NCBI GenBank assembly: GCA_041497195.1
Contig: JBGQGB010000004.1
Location: 1,770-65,769, forward strand
DNA: 64,000 nt
DNA from: Candidatus Doudnabacteria bacterium
Lineage (GTDB): Bacteria > Patescibacteriota > Doudnabacteria > UBA920 > 2-01-FULL-46-14
Direction of reading: 5' to 3'
Made by a program: the position numbers and the translations under genes. This document shows, one piece after another, positions 51,663-61,735 of this stretch. Numbering within the stretch: the stretch's first letter is position 1; each line of letters opens with the position of its first letter. Below the pieces are notes generated by a model. It had not been told where the DNA came from and ran no database searches. It saw only the letters and a list, made by a program, of their open reading frames with translations.

Positions 51663-54600
51663 TTATGGAGTTTTCAGGCTCTCGCGCAAAAGCTCTCTCA
51701 GTTGCGTTTTGAATTCCTCTGAGCTTTCTACTGTAAAATTGGTTTTGACTTCGCGAGGCGTGCCTTCGCGGTCCGGCACCAGGAGTGAAACAGGCGTGCG
51801 CCCAGGAAATTTCGCAAATACGCCTTTGAGCTTGGTAAAAACTTGGGGCGAGGCGGCCTTGGGGATTTTAATCTTCAAAAGTTTTCCATTAGCTGCTGGC
51901 GCTGTCGGTTCCTCCGGAGGCGGAAAGTTTTCCGCACTACCCCGGTAAGGGGTTTTGGTGTTCCAGTTTTCCGGAATCGGCGCATCAATGGAGAGCATTT
52001 TTTCGACCAGGAGTTTTATCTCCCCGTCTTTTTCGGACAGCTTGCCGTACACGAGCACCATCTGGTCGTTTTCCACGAGGGTTTTGTATTCGTTGAAGAT
52101 GTTCGGAAATATTACCAATTCAATCATACTGTCCAGATCTTCAAGATTTGCAAAGCTCATTTGCTCGCCTTTTTTGGTCAGAATTTTTTGGACCCGAGTA
52201 ATGATGCCGCCCACAGTGAAAAATCGGCCTTCTTGTTCCGGCCCCAGGGTTTTTACTGGTTGGCAGTAACGCTCCAGGGTTGTTCTGTAGTTTTCCAGGG
52301 GGTGGGAAGAGACATACAATCCCAAAAGTTCTTTTTCCCAGGCCAATTTTTCTTTTTCCGTGGCCGGGGGAACAGGTTTTAGAATCAGTTCCCCATTTTT
52401 TTGGCCGTTTTGCATAAACAAGGCAGACTGGCCCAGGCTGGCTTGTCGCTGGCTGGTGCGGGCGTGGTCCAGGATACCCTCGGTATTTAGGAGCATTTGA
52501 TTGCGCTCGCCGAATTTGTCGAGACTGCCGCTTTTCACGAGCGCTTCCCAAGATTTTTTGTTGAAATTACGGGTTTTGACCCTGTGGATGAAATCCGTCA
52601 GCGACTGGAAAGCGCCGGCCTGTTTGACTTCGGCTATGATTGTGGTGATGACGTCGGAGCCGAGGTTTTTGATCGCGGAGAGGCCGAAGCGGATTTGCCG
52701 TTCGTTTATGACTGTGAATGACGCCAAAGATTCGCTCACGTCAGGAGGCAGCACTTGAATACCGAGGCTTTCGCATTCCGCCACGGCGGCCGCAATTTTT
52801 TGGTTATCGCCGGATTCGGCCGTCAGGACCGCGGCCATAAATTCGACCGGAAAATTTGCTTTCATGTAAGCAGTTTGGTACGCCACCATGGCGTATGAAG
52901 CGGCGTGGGCTTTGTTAAACCCGTAGGCGGCGAAAGGCTCAATGAGACTCCAAAGTTTGATGGCTTTTTCCGTAGCCATTCCGTTGTCGATGGCACCCTG
53001 GATGAATTTTTCTTTCTGAGCCGCCATTTCTTTGGGGATTTTTTTCCCCATGGCTTTACGCAGTTTGTCGGCTTCCTCCCAGGTATAGCCGGCCAATTGT
53101 ATAGCGATGAGTAGTACGTCATCCTGGTAGGTGATGACCCCATAGGAAAGATCCAAGATTTCTTTCATCCGCGGATCCAAATAGGAGATGAGTTTGGGAT
53201 TGTGCTTGCGGGCAATGAATTCCGGGATGGACTCCATCGGGCCTGGCCGGTACAGGGAAATCATCGCCATAATGTCAAAGATATTGGAGGGTTTCAGGTC
53301 GACTAGATATTTGGTCATCCCGGAACCGCCGAGCTGAAATACGCCAATGGTCCGGCCAGAAGCCAGCAGCGAAAAAGTTTTTTTGTTATCAAGGGGAATC
53401 CGCTGCAGGTCTACATCCAAGCCGCGGGTTTGTCGCACGATTTCCACGGCATTTCCCAGAATCGAGAGATTGCGGATGCCCAGAAAATCCATCTTCACGA
53501 GGCCCGTGTCTTCGATTGAGTACATGTCATATTGGGTGATGATATTTTGGTTGTCGGTATCCAGTTGCAGCGGGGTGAAATCAGTAAGCTTGGTCGGCGC
53601 AATCACCACGCCGGCGGCGTGAACCGAGGCGTGTCGCGCGGAACCCTCGACTTTTTTGGCGAGTTCAATGAGGTTTTGAGTTTCCGGATCCTTTTGGTAA
53701 GCTTCCCTCAGTTCCGGGGAAATGCTGAGGGCTTTTTCGATATTCATGTGGAATCCTTGTTTGCCGAAAGGAATCATTTTGGCGATACGGTCGCATTTGG
53801 AGTAGGGAACCCCCAAAGCCCGGCCCACATCCCGGACCGCGGCTCTCGCCATCATAGTGCCGAAGGTTACGATTTGCGCCACTTTGTTTTTTCCATATTT
53901 TTCGCTGACATATTGCAACACCTCATCGCGGCGGTTGTCGGCAAAATCCATGTCAATATCAGGAGGGGTCGGCCTGTACGGATTTAAAAACCGTTCGAAA
54001 GGCAATTTATACTCCACCGGGTTCATAGTCGTGATACCGAGGGCATACGCAGCGACTGAGCCGGCCGCGGAACCGCGAGTGGTGCTGATGATCCCGCGCC
54101 CCCGGGCCCAATTCACCATATCGGCGACTACGAGAAAGTAAGCGGAATATCCTTTGGTTTTAATGATTTCAGTTTCGTATTTGAGACGAGCCAGGATGTC
54201 TTCCGGGATGCGGTTGTCCTCGTAACGCTTTTTTAAGCCCTCCAGGCAGAGCTCTTCCAAATAGCTTTCCGCGGTGTACGTATCCGGGACTGGGAAGCTC
54301 GGAAAATAACGTTTGTCCAAAGTCAGCTCGAGATCAACACTGTTGGCAATTTTTACGGTATTGGCCAAAGCTTCCGGCAAATCAGGGAAAATCGCCGCCA
54401 TCTCGGCAGCTGATTTCAAATGCAGTTCCGAACCGCGCATATCCAAACGGTCCGTATCCTCTACTGTTCGGCCAGTGCCGACGCAAACCAGGATGTCCTG
54501 CGCGGCGCTGTCCGTCGGCGCCAAATAATGGCTATCATTCGTGGCCACTATTGGCAATCCCAGTTCTCGCGCAATTTTCAGCAATCCCGAGTTGACTTGG

Positions 54601-55166
54601 GTTTGGGTGTCGTTGTCGGCATTATTTTTGAGGTTACGCTGGAATTCGAGATAGAAATTATCTTTTTCAAATATGTGCTGATATTCTTGGGCGACTCTGC
54701 GGGCTTGTTCGTAGTTGTCCCCGACGATGTGCCGGGCAATCTCCCCGCGCAAACAGCCGGACAGACCCACGAGCCCCTCGCTGAATCGGCTCAGGGTTTC
54801 CTTGTCAATGCGCGGTTTATAATAGTACCCCTCCAGATGAGCTATAGTCACCAACTGCAGCAAGTTTTGGTATCCGACCAGATTGCGCGCCAGCAGAGTC
54901 ATGTGATAGTAGTCCGGTCCGCCACTGCCTTTTTTTGCATACAAACTTTCAGGGGCCAGGTACGCCTCGACCCCCAAGATCGGTTTTATGCCTATCCGCC
55001 GCGCTTGTTTGTAAAATTCTATGGCCCCGTACATGGACCCGTGGTCCGTGAGCGCCAGGGCCGACATCTCCATTTGTTTGGCCGCCGCCACCAGGTCGGG
55101 AATTTTCGGCAAACCATCGAGCAGTGAATAGTGCGAATGTACGTGCAAGTGAACGAAATCGGACAT
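51663..55166 (-). CDS. dnaE: DNA polymerase III alpha subunit
   Basis: PHP HLHVHSHYSLLDG, RGSAAGS, FERFLNP.R...PDID.DF, YGFNKAHA, C-terminal OB fold. Confidence 0.97.
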   Translation of the reverse strand: MSDFVHLHVHSHYSLLDGLPKIPDLVAAAKQMEMSALALTDHGSMYGAIEFYKQARRIGIKPILGVEAYLAPESLYAKKGSGGPDYYHMTLLARNLVGYQNLLQLVTIAHLEGYYYKPRIDKETLSRFSEGLVGLSGCLRGEIARHIVGDNYEQARRVAQEYQHIFEKDNFYLEFQRNLKNNADNDTQTQVNSGLLKIARELGLPIVATNDSHYLAPTDSAAQDILVCVGTGRTVEDTDRLDMRGSELHLKSAAEMAAIFPDLPEALANTVKIANSVDLELTLDKRYFPSFPVPDTYTAESYLEELCLEGLKKRYEDNRIPEDILARLKYETEIIKTKGYSAYFLVVADMVNWARGRGIISTTRGSAAGSVAAYALGITTMNPVEYKLPFERFLNPYRPTPPDIDMDFADNRRDEVLQYVSEKYGKNKVAQIVTFGTMMARAAVRDVGRALGVPYSKCDRIAKMIPFGKQGFHMNIEKALSISPELREAYQKDPETQNLIELAKKVEGSARHASVHAAGVVIAPTKLTDFTPLQLDTDNQNIITQYDMYSIEDTGLVKMDFLGIRNLSILGNAVEIVRQTRGLDVDLQRIPLDNKKTFSLLASGRTIGVFQLGGSGMTKYLVDLKPSNIFDIMAMISLYRPGPMESIPEFIARKHNPKLISYLDPRMKEILDLSYGVITYQDDVLLIAIQLAGYTWEEADKLRKAMGKKIPKEMAAQKEKFIQGAIDNGMATEKAIKLWSLIEPFAAYGFNKAHAASYAMVAYQTAYMKANFPVEFMAAVLTAESGDNQKIAAAVAECESLGIQVLPPDVSESLASFTVINERQIRFGLSAIKNLGSDVITTIIAEVKQAGAFQSLTDFIHRVKTRNFNKKSWEALVKSGSLDKFGERNQMLLNTEGILDHARTSQRQASLGQSALFMQNGQKNGELILKPVPPATEKEKLAWEKELLGLYVSSHPLENYRTTLERYCQPVKTLGPEQEGRFFTVGGIITRVQKILTKKGEQMSFANLEDLDSMIELVIFPNIFNEYKTLVENDQMVLVYGKLSEKDGEIKLLVEKMLSIDAPIPENWNTKTPYRGSAENFPPPEEPTAPAANGKLLKIKIPKAASPQVFTKLKGVFAKFPGRTPVSLLVPDREGTPREVKTNFTVESSEEFKTQLRELLRESLKTP

Positions 55167-55296
55167 GTTCTACAAATTTACAAAATTTTTACAAACTGCG
55201 AAATCAGACGATAAGTATCCTGATATTTTATACTGCCGCAACTGATTCGTAATTTCTCAGCCTATCTATTATAATACAAACAAGGAGATTGCTTAA

Positions 55297-56145
55297 ATGC
55301 TAAAGTTGCCAAATTTGCCCGAGAAAGAGGAGCTTGAATATCAAAAACAAGAGTTTTTTTTGTCGATTCTGGAAGAATTTCAAGCGACGTCGAAGCTTTG
55401 GTTCTATTTTTTGGGGGCGTTTGTGCTGATTGCCATTCCGGCTGGCATTTTGATGAAGAATGTCTGGACCAGTTCGTTTATTTCTCAGTACCAACCCCCA
55501 GCCGTAAATACGGTTCCTTATCAAGCTGTTCCTTTGCGAGTTTTGAAAACGGAAATTCTGCCCGTGACCGACACCCTCGATTCGGTTTATTCCCAGATTT
55601 TCAATCCAAATTCCGATATTTCAGCCAGCGATATTCAGTACGAATTGTTGCTCAAAGGTTCGGGCGGAAACATTTTGAACACTATAAAAGGGGACAGTTA
55701 TTTGTTAGCCGGGGAGAGTAAATTTTTATTGTCTCCGACAGTTGCCGCCAACCCATTGCTGGCGTCCGTTGAGCTTAAATTTGGCGAAATTCACTGGACG
55801 AAATTTAAACCCCAGTTTGTCTTAAAGTTGAGTGTTCTCCAGGCAAACACCGGTACCGCGCCTGAGGGAAAATTTTTTGTCGAGGGATTAGTCCGAAACC
55901 CCGAAGGTTATCGCGTAAAAAAAGTTGAAGTAGCAATAGTCGTGTTTGACAAGACTAATCAAAATATTCAGGCGATCAACTCCACAGTATTAACAGATTT
56001 GTTGCCTCTGGAGAGTCGGTATTTCCGTGTGATCTGGCCGTTCGGCAAAACTTATCCGGTGGCCCAAGTCCAGATTATACCCTATGTCAATTTGTTAGAC
56101 CCTGGTTTCGTTATCCAAAAACCCGATAAACTGCCGGCTCGATAA
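55297..56145 (+). CDS. Hypothetical membrane protein with two Ig-like (FxLYD-like) domains
   Basis: TM helix; NPN...Y...L.....G; V.G.v.N......v..V.v.vv.fD. Confidence 0.75.
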   Translation: MLKLPNLPEKEELEYQKQEFFLSILEEFQATSKLWFYFLGAFVLIAIPAGILMKNVWTSSFISQYQPPAVNTVPYQAVPLRVLKTEILPVTDTLDSVYSQIFNPNSDISASDIQYELLLKGSGGNILNTIKGDSYLLAGESKFLLSPTVAANPLLASVELKFGEIHWTKFKPQFVLKLSVLQANTGTAPEGKFFVEGLVRNPEGYRVKKVEVAIVVFDKTNQNIQAINSTVLTDLLPLESRYFRVIWPFGKTYPVAQVQIIPYVNLLDPGFVIQKPDKLPAR

Positions 56146-56166
56146 GTTTCCGTAACCCACGAAGGC

Positions 56167-57270
56167 ATGATCCTAAGCAAGACCTTTAAATATTTTGATT
56201 GGCCGTTTTTTGCGGCGGTGATTCTGTTGACCTTGATCGGACTTTTGATGATTTACAGCACCGGTCTCAGCGGCAAGACCGAATCCATTTTGTGGATCAA
56301 ACAGACCGCAGCTTTGGTGGTGGGCGTGGTGGGCCTATTTTTTTTGGCCAGCCTGGATTACAGATTTTTCGCCAAAAACAGTACGATTTTGTATCTTCTG
56401 GCTTTATTTTTACTTCTCGTCGTTTTGCTTCTCGGTCACACGATTCGCGGTTCGACCCGCTGGTTTGATTTGGGGGCAATCAATTTTCAGCCAGCTGAGT
56501 TTTCCAAGCTCGCTATCATAATTCTTTTGGCAAAATTTTTCCAGACCAAGAAACAGCTTTTGGCAAAATTCGGTTATGTTTTGCAATCCTTCGTGTACGT
56601 TTTTATTCCCTTGGGACTCATCATGCTTCAGCCTGACCTGGGTTCGGCAATCGTGCATCTGGCGATTTGGTTCGGGATGCTGCTCATTAGCCCGATGCCG
56701 CGGCGATATTTTTTGTATCTCTTAGTTATTTTTTTGGTGGTTTCCTCGGTGGTCTGGCAATTTCTGCTGGCCGGATACCAAAAGGACCGCGTCAGAAGTT
56801 TTATTGATCCGACTGCTGATCCACGAGGCCGGGGCTACAATGCCCTTCAGTCCGTGGTGGCGGTCGGTTCCGGCGGCTGGTTTGGCAGTGGGCTGGCAAG
56901 GGGATTGCAGAGCCAGTTGAAATTTTTACCGGAACGGCAAACGGATTTTATTTTTGCCTCCACTACAGAGGAATTGGGTCTCATAGGGGGAGGGCTGGTA
57001 ATAATTCTTTTGGTTTTTGTTCTGCTGAGGGTGGTGAAAATTTTACGGGAAGCCAGGGATTCTTTTGGGGCGTATATCGCTGCCGGAATTTTTTTCTTGA
57101 TTTTTAGCCAGAGCGTGGTCAATATCGGCATGAATCTCGGGTTGGTGCCCGTGACCGGAATCACTTTGCCGTTCTTAAGTTACGGTGGGTCCAGTTTGGT
57201 GATTACTTTTTGGCTCATCGGCATTTTGGAGAACATTGCTCAAAATTCCGTGCCAGTGCGCTTCGGTTAG
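56167..57270 (+). CDS. rodA: SEDS peptidoglycan glycosyltransferase RodA
   Basis: G..RW, QP.Ef.K, QPDLG, GY...Q...avGSGG, LPE..TDFIF, P.TGitLPflSYGGSS. Confidence 0.93.
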   Translation: MILSKTFKYFDWPFFAAVILLTLIGLLMIYSTGLSGKTESILWIKQTAALVVGVVGLFFLASLDYRFFAKNSTILYLLALFLLLVVLLLGHTIRGSTRWFDLGAINFQPAEFSKLAIIILLAKFFQTKKQLLAKFGYVLQSFVYVFIPLGLIMLQPDLGSAIVHLAIWFGMLLISPMPRRYFLYLLVIFLVVSSVVWQFLLAGYQKDRVRSFIDPTADPRGRGYNALQSVVAVGSGGWFGSGLARGLQSQLKFLPERQTDFIFASTTEELGLIGGGLVIILLVFVLLRVVKILREARDSFGAYIAAGIFFLIFSQSVVNIGMNLGLVPVTGITLPFLSYGGSSLVITFWLIGILENIAQNSVPVRFG

Positions 57271-57464
57271 ACTAGTCGCCGGCAGTAGATGCCTCTTCGC
57301 ATCACTCATTTGGCGCGAGTCGGATTGGCATAGCGTCGATACATTTGGTTGTCGTCGCTGATTCAGAAGAAATTCGCTGCCCAGAACTGGACAAAAGCCA
57401 AAAAAAGGTATATAATTAGGATGTACTCTTCAATGAATTGAGAGAAACAAATAATTTGGCATAA

Positions 57465-57821
57465 ATGGCTAAGTTAAACTATCAAAAATGGATTGAGCTT
57501 CTCTCTGTGATCCTGCATTGCCCTGTTTGCAGCAACAAATACAATGCCGAGCAGACTAGCATCATAGAATCAAAAGATCCGGAAAAGTACGAAAATTCCT
57601 CACTTTTGGTTCACACCGAATGTGAACGTTGTAAAAGTTCCGTAGTTTTCAGCATCGCTCTGGACGGCCCGGAAGTTTTTTCCGTGGGTATGGTGACTGA
57701 CCTCAATTCCACAGATGCGAAAAGATTCCGTGATGCGGATAGCATTTCCCTCAATGAGGTGATTGATTTTCACGAGTTTTTGAGCGTATTTGACGGAGAT
57801 TTTGAGCGGATGTTGCACTAA
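57465..57821 (+). CDS. Conserved hypothetical Zn-ribbon protein
   Basis: CPVC...H..C..C, TDL...D..rF, i...ev.d.H.fL; promoter TGGACA-N17-TATAAT upstream. Confidence 0.8.
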   Translation: MAKLNYQKWIELLSVILHCPVCSNKYNAEQTSIIESKDPEKYENSSLLVHTECERCKSSVVFSIALDGPEVFSVGMVTDLNSTDAKRFRDADSISLNEVIDFHEFLSVFDGDFERMLH

Positions 57822-57833
57822 ATTTATTTGATT

Positions 57834-57864
57834 AAAACCCTCCGTTCTTGACGGAAGGTTTTTT
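57834..57864 (+). terminator. Intrinsic terminator
   Basis: AAAACCCTCCGT-TCTTG-ACGGAAGGTTTTTT. Confidence 0.8.
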
Positions 57865-57915
57865 ATTTGGTACGCTATTTCAGCATTTAGTGTAAACTTT
57901 TTTATAGCGAAATTC

Positions 57916-58683
57916 ATGCAGCCAACAATCAAAGCCCAGACACGAATAGTGTTTGGCAAGCAGACCAATAAACTGCGCTCCAGCGGCAAGCTACCAGCGG
58001 TTTTGTATGGTAAAGGCAAGCCGAGCCAGGCCTTGGAAGTTTCCCACAAAGAATTTGATCGAGTGTTTCGCCAATCTGGAGAAAATACTTTGATCAATTT
58101 GGTCATAGAGGGAAAAGGGGAAACCAAAGTGCTGATCCACGACGTGGCCAAGCATTTTATGAAAGACGAGCCGATTCATGTGGATTTTTATGAAGTCGAC
58201 CTGACCCGCAAGATCCACGCGAAGATTCCGCTGCACTTTGTGGGGATTTCTGCGGCGGTAAAAGAGCTGGGGGGCATCCTCCTGAAAAATATTTCTGAAG
58301 TATCTGTCGAAGCATTGCCGGCTGACTTGCCCCAATTTTTCGAGATAAATATCGAAAGACTGAAGACTTTTGACGATCTGGTCAGGCTGGGGGATCTCAA
58401 GGTTGATGAGAAGATTAGACTTTTGGGGCATCCCGAAGAAGTTTTGGTGTCCGTGCAAGCCCCGAGAACGGAAGAAGAGTTGGCTGAGCTGGAGAAGCCG
58501 ACTGCGGAAGCGGAGAAGGCTGCCATTGAGGGCATGGAAGCAAAGACAGTCGAAGAAAAAGCCGCCACAGAAGCTGAGAAAGCCGGGGCTGAAGGCGAGA
58601 AAGCTCCGGCCGAGGCCAAAGCCGAAACGGCGGAGCCGAAAAAAGCAGAGAAGAAAGTTGAGAAGAAACCTGAGAAGAAGTAG
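57916..58683 (+). CDS. rplY: 50S ribosomal protein L25 (Ctc form)
   Basis: R...GK....LR..G.lPAVlYG, HVDF, GGiL, lP.dLP; Glu/Lys/Ala-rich tail. Confidence 0.95.
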   Translation: MQPTIKAQTRIVFGKQTNKLRSSGKLPAVLYGKGKPSQALEVSHKEFDRVFRQSGENTLINLVIEGKGETKVLIHDVAKHFMKDEPIHVDFYEVDLTRKIHAKIPLHFVGISAAVKELGGILLKNISEVSVEALPADLPQFFEINIERLKTFDDLVRLGDLKVDEKIRLLGHPEEVLVSVQAPRTEEELAELEKPTAEAEKAAIEGMEAKTVEEKAATEAEKAGAEGEKAPAEAKAETAEPKKAEKKVEKKPEKK

Positions 58684-58703
58684 AGCAAATCTGATCAACT
58701 TCC

Positions 58704-58773
58704 AAAGCCAGGCAATCCCTGGCTTTTTTTGAAAAAAAATTCCAGAGAGCGTCCTCGAAAGGATGCTCTCTGG
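58704..58773. terminator. Back-to-back terminators for rplY (+) and purA (-)
   Basis: AAAGCCAGG-CAATC-CCTGGCTTTTTTT and CCAGAGAGCGTCC-TCGAAA-GGATGCTCTCTGG. Confidence 0.8.
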
Positions 58774-58796
58774 CCGTATTTTCCATAGAACGGTTT

Positions 58797-60092
58797 TTAG
58801 TCGCCGAGCCAGATGGTTTCCTTGGTCTCAGGCCCGGTGGAAATTCCGACGATTGGAATTCCCGCGATTTCCTGGATCCTGCGGAGAAACTCTCGGGCCC
58901 GTGGCGGAAGCTGTCCCCAGGCGGTCGCGCCCCTGGTTTGAGACTTCCACCCTGGCAGAGCTTGGTAATTCGGTTGAACCCTCTCGAGGCCTGACCGCGG
59001 CATGGTTTTGAGGAAGTCCCCGTCGCGCTTGTAAGCCGTGCAGATAAGAATCTCCGACAGTCCGTCCAGGACGTCGAGCTTAGTCAGGAACAGATGGGTA
59101 AGCCAGTTCAGTCTGACGGCGCGTTGCAAGGGCACCCCGTCCAGCCAGCCGCAGTCGCGAGGCCGGCCTGTCACTGACCCAAACTCACCCCCATGATTTT
59201 GCAGATAGGCAGCGATGTCCCCCTCGATTTTGGTGGGGAAATCCCGTCGCCCCACGCTGGTGGTATACGCTTTACACACGCCGATCCGCATACCCCAGTT
59301 GCCCAAACGCAAACCGAAGATCTTGTTGAGGTCGTGGATGGTCGTCCCCGAAGAGGTGTTGTAGGGATAATTCGGCGACTGGATATCGAGCATGGTGCCC
59401 TGGGCTTGCTCGAAACATGCCAGCATCTCGTTGCCGAGCTGACCTTGCAATGCCCGATTCACGTAACGGTCGAGCTCAACCACGTATGGTCGGAGCATTT
59501 CGCCGTAACGAAACAAAGTCTCGGTCATTTTTTCTGGTGTGTAGCCCTGGGCTTGGACTGCGGGGACGAGATTTTTGACCGCAAGAACTGACTCGAGTCT
59601 GCTTAGCAACCGGTCACGGTCAAGCAAGTCCTCTATGGTGATGCCGTAGCGGGCAGTGATGTCCGCGTAAGCCGGTCCGACCCCGTTCATGGTCGAGCCG
59701 AGGCCTGTGCCCCCGAGTGCCTCTTTTTCGGCTTTCTCCAAGTCCAGGTGCCACGGCATTACCGTGAAAGTTTCCCTGGCGATGTGAAGCCGCTTCAAAC
59801 TAATCCCGGCTTTGACCGCCTCGGGCATTTCCCGGTCCACGAGGTCCTGAACGTTCACCACGCACATCGGGGAGATGAGCGAGTCCACGTCCGGATTGAG
59901 TATGCTAGAAGGCAGCATGCGCAAAATTATTTTTTTCCCGTTTTGCACGACGGTGTGGCCCGCGTTGTTTCCGCCGTTCCAGCGGGAGTTGACAGCAACA
60001 CGCCCAGCCCACGGGCCAGAAAGCAGATACGCAATGACTTTACCCTTGCCGGAATCCCCCCAGTGGGTATCGAAAATTCCACAAGCTTTCAT
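58797..60092 (-). CDS. purA: Adenylosuccinate synthetase (divergent)
   Basis: WGDSGKGK, GG.NAGHT, GPAY.D, AQG..LD, TGRPR.CGW, TKLDVL. Confidence 0.9.
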   Translation of the reverse strand: MKACGIFDTHWGDSGKGKVIAYLLSGPWAGRVAVNSRWNGGNNAGHTVVQNGKKIILRMLPSSILNPDVDSLISPMCVVNVQDLVDREMPEAVKAGISLKRLHIARETFTVMPWHLDLEKAEKEALGGTGLGSTMNGVGPAYADITARYGITIEDLLDRDRLLSRLESVLAVKNLVPAVQAQGYTPEKMTETLFRYGEMLRPYVVELDRYVNRALQGQLGNEMLACFEQAQGTMLDIQSPNYPYNTSSGTTIHDLNKIFGLRLGNWGMRIGVCKAYTTSVGRRDFPTKIEGDIAAYLQNHGGEFGSVTGRPRDCGWLDGVPLQRAVRLNWLTHLFLTKLDVLDGLSEILICTAYKRDGDFLKTMPRSGLERVQPNYQALPGWKSQTRGATAWGQLPPRAREFLRRIQEIAGIPIVGISTGPETKETIWLGD

Positions 60093-60181
60093 TTATTTCC
60101 TCCTCAGTTTTTCGGCATTTTCTTGCAGATCCGGAATTACAATCAAATCATTTTACCCTATCATTTTGTTTTTATCTCGTC

Positions 60182-60216
60182 AATAAAACAACCCGTTTTC
60201 ACGGGGTTGTTTTATT
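60182..60216 (-). terminator. Intrinsic terminator after guaA
   Basis: AATAAAACAACCCGT-TTTC-ACGGGGTTGTTTTATT. Confidence 0.75.
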
Positions 60217-61735
60217 CCCACTCAACAGTCCCGGGGGGTTTGGAGGTGATGTCGTAGACAACCCGATTGATGCCTCGGACTTTGTTGGTAATCCGCACTG
60301 AGATTCGCTCCAGTAATTCGTGCGGCAGCTTCGCCCAGTGGGCGGTCATATAATCGGTCGTGGTAATGGCGCGGATGATTATTGGATAGCCATATGTACG
60401 CGCGTCACCCTGGACGCCGACAGCGTGGATGGACGGGAGCACAGCAAAATATTGCTGGACGCTCTCTCTGCTTTTGCTGATTTCTTCCCGGACAATGGCA
60501 TCAGCCGCGCGGAGGAGGTCTAATTTTTCCTCAGTAATTTCTCCGATGATGCGCACTGCCAAGCCCGGTCCAGGGAAAGGCTGGCGCTCGGTGATGGATT
60601 TGGGCAGCCCCAGCAGCCGACCGATCTGGCGCACTTCGTCTTTGTATAGCTCGCGCAGGGGCTCGATGAGTTTGAAGCCGAATTTTTTGGGCAGCCCGCC
60701 TACATTGTGGTGGGATTTGATGACAGCAGCAGTTCCGCCGACGCTGACGCCCGAAGTGATCGCGTCAGTATAGAGAGTGCCTTGCGCCAGCCATTTCGCA
60801 TTTTTGATTTTTTTGGCCTCACGCTCGAATATTCTTATAAAAAGTCCACCAATGATTTTTCGTTTTTGCTCTGGATCAGTGACTCCGCGCAAGGCGTCCT
60901 GGAATTCGAGCGCAGCGTCAATAACTCGAAGATTCAGCTTTCCATATTTACGGAAAGTCTCAACAATTTCTTCAATTTCATTGAGTCGGCCGAAGCCATG
61001 ATTGACAAGGATGCAATGTAGTCGTTGACCGATAGCTTTGTGGACTAGCGTTGCGGTGACAGACGAGTCAACGCCCCCGGAGAGACCGCACACGACCGTA
61101 TCCTTTTTCACTTTTTTTTTGATATCCGCAGTTGTTTTTTCCAAAAAATCTTTGAGTTGCCAAGTTTTTTGTGCCCCCGAGATTTTTATAAAATTTGCCA
61201 GGATTTTTTGTCCGTTTTCGGTATTGGTCACTTCGGGATGAAATTGCAGACCGTAAATTTTGTAGTTTTCGTCCGCTATGGCGGCATACCGACAGTTGGC
61301 CGATTGCGCGAGAGTGACGAATCCGGCCGGTAGCACCGTGATTTGGTCGCCATGAGACATCCAGGTCATTTGTTTTGGTCTGAGGCCCTGGAAAATGGGC
61401 GAGGCTTTGGTGATTTTTATTTCCATTGGTCCATATTCGCTCGTTTTTCCTGCTCTCACTTCGCCGCCGAGTTCAAAGGCCGTGAGCTGCTGGCCGTAGC
61501 AAATCCCCAAAATCGGCCGGCCCAATTTGAAAATCGCTTTGCTGACTCGTAGAGCGCCTCGCTCGGAGAGATTTTGTGGCCCGCCCGAGAGGATAATCGC
61601 CTGGGCTTGTTGGAGTTTTTTGAGGGGAAAATTGTGGGGAACCAGCTCGGCATAAACGCCGAGCTCGCGGATGCGTCGGGTGATGAGGTGCGAATATTGG
61701 GAACCAAAATCGAGAACGTAGACGAGATTTTTCAT
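60212..61735 (-). CDS. guaA: GMP synthase (glutamine-hydrolysing)
   Basis: LDFGSQY, LGICYG, QFHPEV, SGGVDS, IKSHHNVGG, TSKPPGT.EWE. Confidence 0.97.
   Translation of the reverse strand: MKNLVYVLDFGSQYSHLITRRIRELGVYAELVPHNFPLKKLQQAQAIILSGGPQNLSERGALRVSKAIFKLGRPILGICYGQQLTAFELGGEVRAGKTSEYGPMEIKITKASPIFQGLRPKQMTWMSHGDQITVLPAGFVTLAQSANCRYAAIADENYKIYGLQFHPEVTNTENGQKILANFIKISGAQKTWQLKDFLEKTTADIKKKVKKDTVVCGLSGGVDSSVTATLVHKAIGQRLHCILVNHGFGRLNEIEEIVETFRKYGKLNLRVIDAALEFQDALRGVTDPEQKRKIIGGLFIRIFEREAKKIKNAKWLAQGTLYTDAITSGVSVGGTAAVIKSHHNVGGLPKKFGFKLIEPLRELYKDEVRQIGRLLGLPKSITERQPFPGPGLAVRIIGEITEEKLDLLRAADAIVREEISKSRESVQQYFAVLPSIHAVGVQGDARTYGYPIIIRAITTTDYMTAHWAKLPHELLERISVRITNKVRGINRVVYDITSKPPGTVEWE

Noticed and set aside
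57991-58786. Three overlapping antisense ORFs (235, 166, 123 aa)
   Set aside because: Mirror of the low-complexity Glu/Lys/Ala tail of rplY.
58797-60092. PurZ (2-aminoadenine pathway) assignment
   Set aside because: Catalytic Asp (GD.GKG) and the GTP-specific TKLD motif are retained; no phage context.
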